From a virus, in the UHGV virus genome UHGV-0208078: a stretch of DNA of 36,767 nucleotides; one strand, written 5' to 3'. Below are positions 35,812 to 36,767 of the stretch, one piece after another. The translations under genes and the position numbers were made by a program. A model generated the notes under the pieces. It saw only the letters and a list, made by a program, of their open reading frames with translations, had not been told where the DNA came from and made no database searches. Positions within the stretch are counted from its first letter, which is position 1; each line of letters opens with the position of its first letter.

Positions 35812-36705
35812 TTATTTTTCGGATAATTTTTTCTGTTCTCGTTCTATTTGTTTAATACTTTTTGCCGGAGTAGGTAAATCTTCAGGCATAGTACCTCCTA
35901 AGCGAGAAATGGTATCACGTATTTCCTTTCCAACATTATAGTGAGTTTGATTCGCAGCGGATTTTCCTTGAATCTTTTCACGACGTAATTTTGCTTCAGT
36001 CTGAGTAGCGCGGAAAAGGTTAGCGGCTAATTCCTCGTATCCCATATGATCTAAGATTTTTTCGCTATTTTTGAGTCCTTTATGTTGATGAATATCTTTG
36101 GCAGTCATACCACCATATAGACCTTGATATCCATGATTCTGAAAGATAGCATAATCCAGAGAACTTTCGACACCGGCATTCTTGGCAGCGTCCACTAACA
36201 TTTTATTATGTTCAGCCATTTCGTACCGGATTGCAAGACGCTTCTGATCGTCACTAAGAGTATCAAAGTTATCAATAAGCTCTTGTTGTCTGGTTTTCAC
36301 TGCAAAGTAGGTTTGACCAAGTGCAATTACTTTTTTTCTAGAATCACCATTCTGTACAATCAAATAGCATGCGTAGCGGGAAAGTTTATAATCATCAATA
36401 ATGCGTTCGCCGCCATTAGGCATAGGTGATGATTTGCCAACATTGGCAAAATGTTCAGATACAGCATTTCCACTGTTTTCACAGGCTGTTTTCGCACGAA
36501 CGATTACTTCCTCAAACCTGCGCCATTGACTATATTCAAGTGCATTTTGCATTTCTCTGGCATACCAAAACTCTTGACCATATTTATTGATGTGTTTAAT
36601 AGACTCAAACAAAGATTCTGTATAACTATTTTGCTCTTCTTCTGTCAAGGCTTTATTGAGAACTCGGTCATGTATTTCATTTAATTTATCGTCAAAATCA
36701 TTCAT
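35812..36705 (-). CDS. RhuM / DinD-like (DNA-damage-inducible protein D family) protein
   Basis: ERIIDDYKLSRYACYLIVQNGDSRKKVIALGQTYFAVKTRQQE matches the DinD/RhuM core as remembered. 297 aa. Same strand as int. Confidence 0.65.
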   Translation of the reverse strand: MNDFDDKLNEIHDRVLNKALTEEEQNSYTESLFESIKHINKYGQEFWYAREMQNALEYSQWRRFEEVIVRAKTACENSGNAVSEHFANVGKSSPMPNGGERIIDDYKLSRYACYLIVQNGDSRKKVIALGQTYFAVKTRQQELIDNFDTLSDDQKRLAIRYEMAEHNKMLVDAAKNAGVESSLDYAIFQNHGYQGLYGGMTAKDIHQHKGLKNSEKILDHMGYEELAANLFRATQTEAKLRREKIQGKSAANQTHYNVGKEIRDTISRLGGTMPEDLPTPAKSIKQIEREQKKLSEK

Positions 36706-36730
36706 ATGTTCACCTTCTTTTTTAACATAT

Positions 36731-36767
36731 CTCGTAGACCGTCTCTGTTGGCGCAGGGGCGGTTTTT
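36731..36767 (+). repeat. copy B of the same repeat, truncated by the window end
   Basis: CTCGTAGACCGTCTCTGTTGGCGCAGGGGCGGTTTTT. About 80% identical to copy A, same orientation. Confidence 0.5.

Noticed and set aside
1-36767. CRISPR arrays, rRNA, IS elements or transposases
   Set aside because: No regularly spaced direct repeats, no rRNA-like conserved stretches, and no DDE or IS-type transposase ORF were seen. The only recombinase is the large serine integrase.

Overview
The window reads as an almost complete temperate siphovirus-type phage or prophage genome of a low-GC Gram-positive (Firmicutes/Clostridia-like) host, judged from AGGAGG-type RBSs, ATGA/TAATG coupled overlaps and my recall of gene families. 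All calls are from reading the sequence; nothing was searched. Left to right:
- Lysogeny switch (1.1-3.2 kb): three small HTH regulators, a divergent promoter region with three TTCGAA-based operators, and a Rha-type antirepressor.
- Moron-like patch (3.2-4.6 kb): a convergently overlapping gene pair, one a membrane-anchored protein on the opposite strand, plus micro-ORFs.
- Recombination/replication module (4.6-9.1 kb): SMC-like ATPase, RecT-like annealase, Cas4-like PD-(D/E)XK exonuclease, HNH endonuclease, RusA resolvase and a replisome-organizer gene with an internal iteron/purine-rich ori-like tract.
- Tiny early genes (9.1-13.1 kb): about 15 ORFs, several Cys-rich zinc ribbons and a DUF551 protein.
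- Late region start (13.0-13.96 kb): sigma-70-region-4-like late activator, then a 500-bp non-coding region holding a tRNA-Asn(GTT), a tRNA-like 3'-half minihelix and a long-range inverted repeat.
- Packaging/head genes (14.0-22.2 kb): TerS, TerL, SPP1-like portal, minor head, an unusual four-ORF insertion with a slippery homopolymer junction, scaffold, major capsid.
- Connector/tail genes (22.2-32.7 kb): connectors, major tail, two chaperones, a Com-like zinc-ribbon micro-ORF, TMP, Dit and a 1310-aa Tal/fibre with collagen-like Gly-X-Y tracts and modular repeats.
- Lysis and integration (32.7-36.8 kb): holin, acidic micro-ORF, amidase_2 endolysin, a 52-bp att-like inverted repeat, a leftward large serine recombinase, and a RhuM/DinD-like gene flanked by imperfect direct repeats.
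No CRISPR array, rRNA or transposase was seen. Best candidates for something new: the membrane-protein moron at 3.4-3.9 kb, the Cys-rich micro-protein cluster, the tRNA-like minihelix, the head-module insertion, and the att/repeat structure around the serine recombinase.
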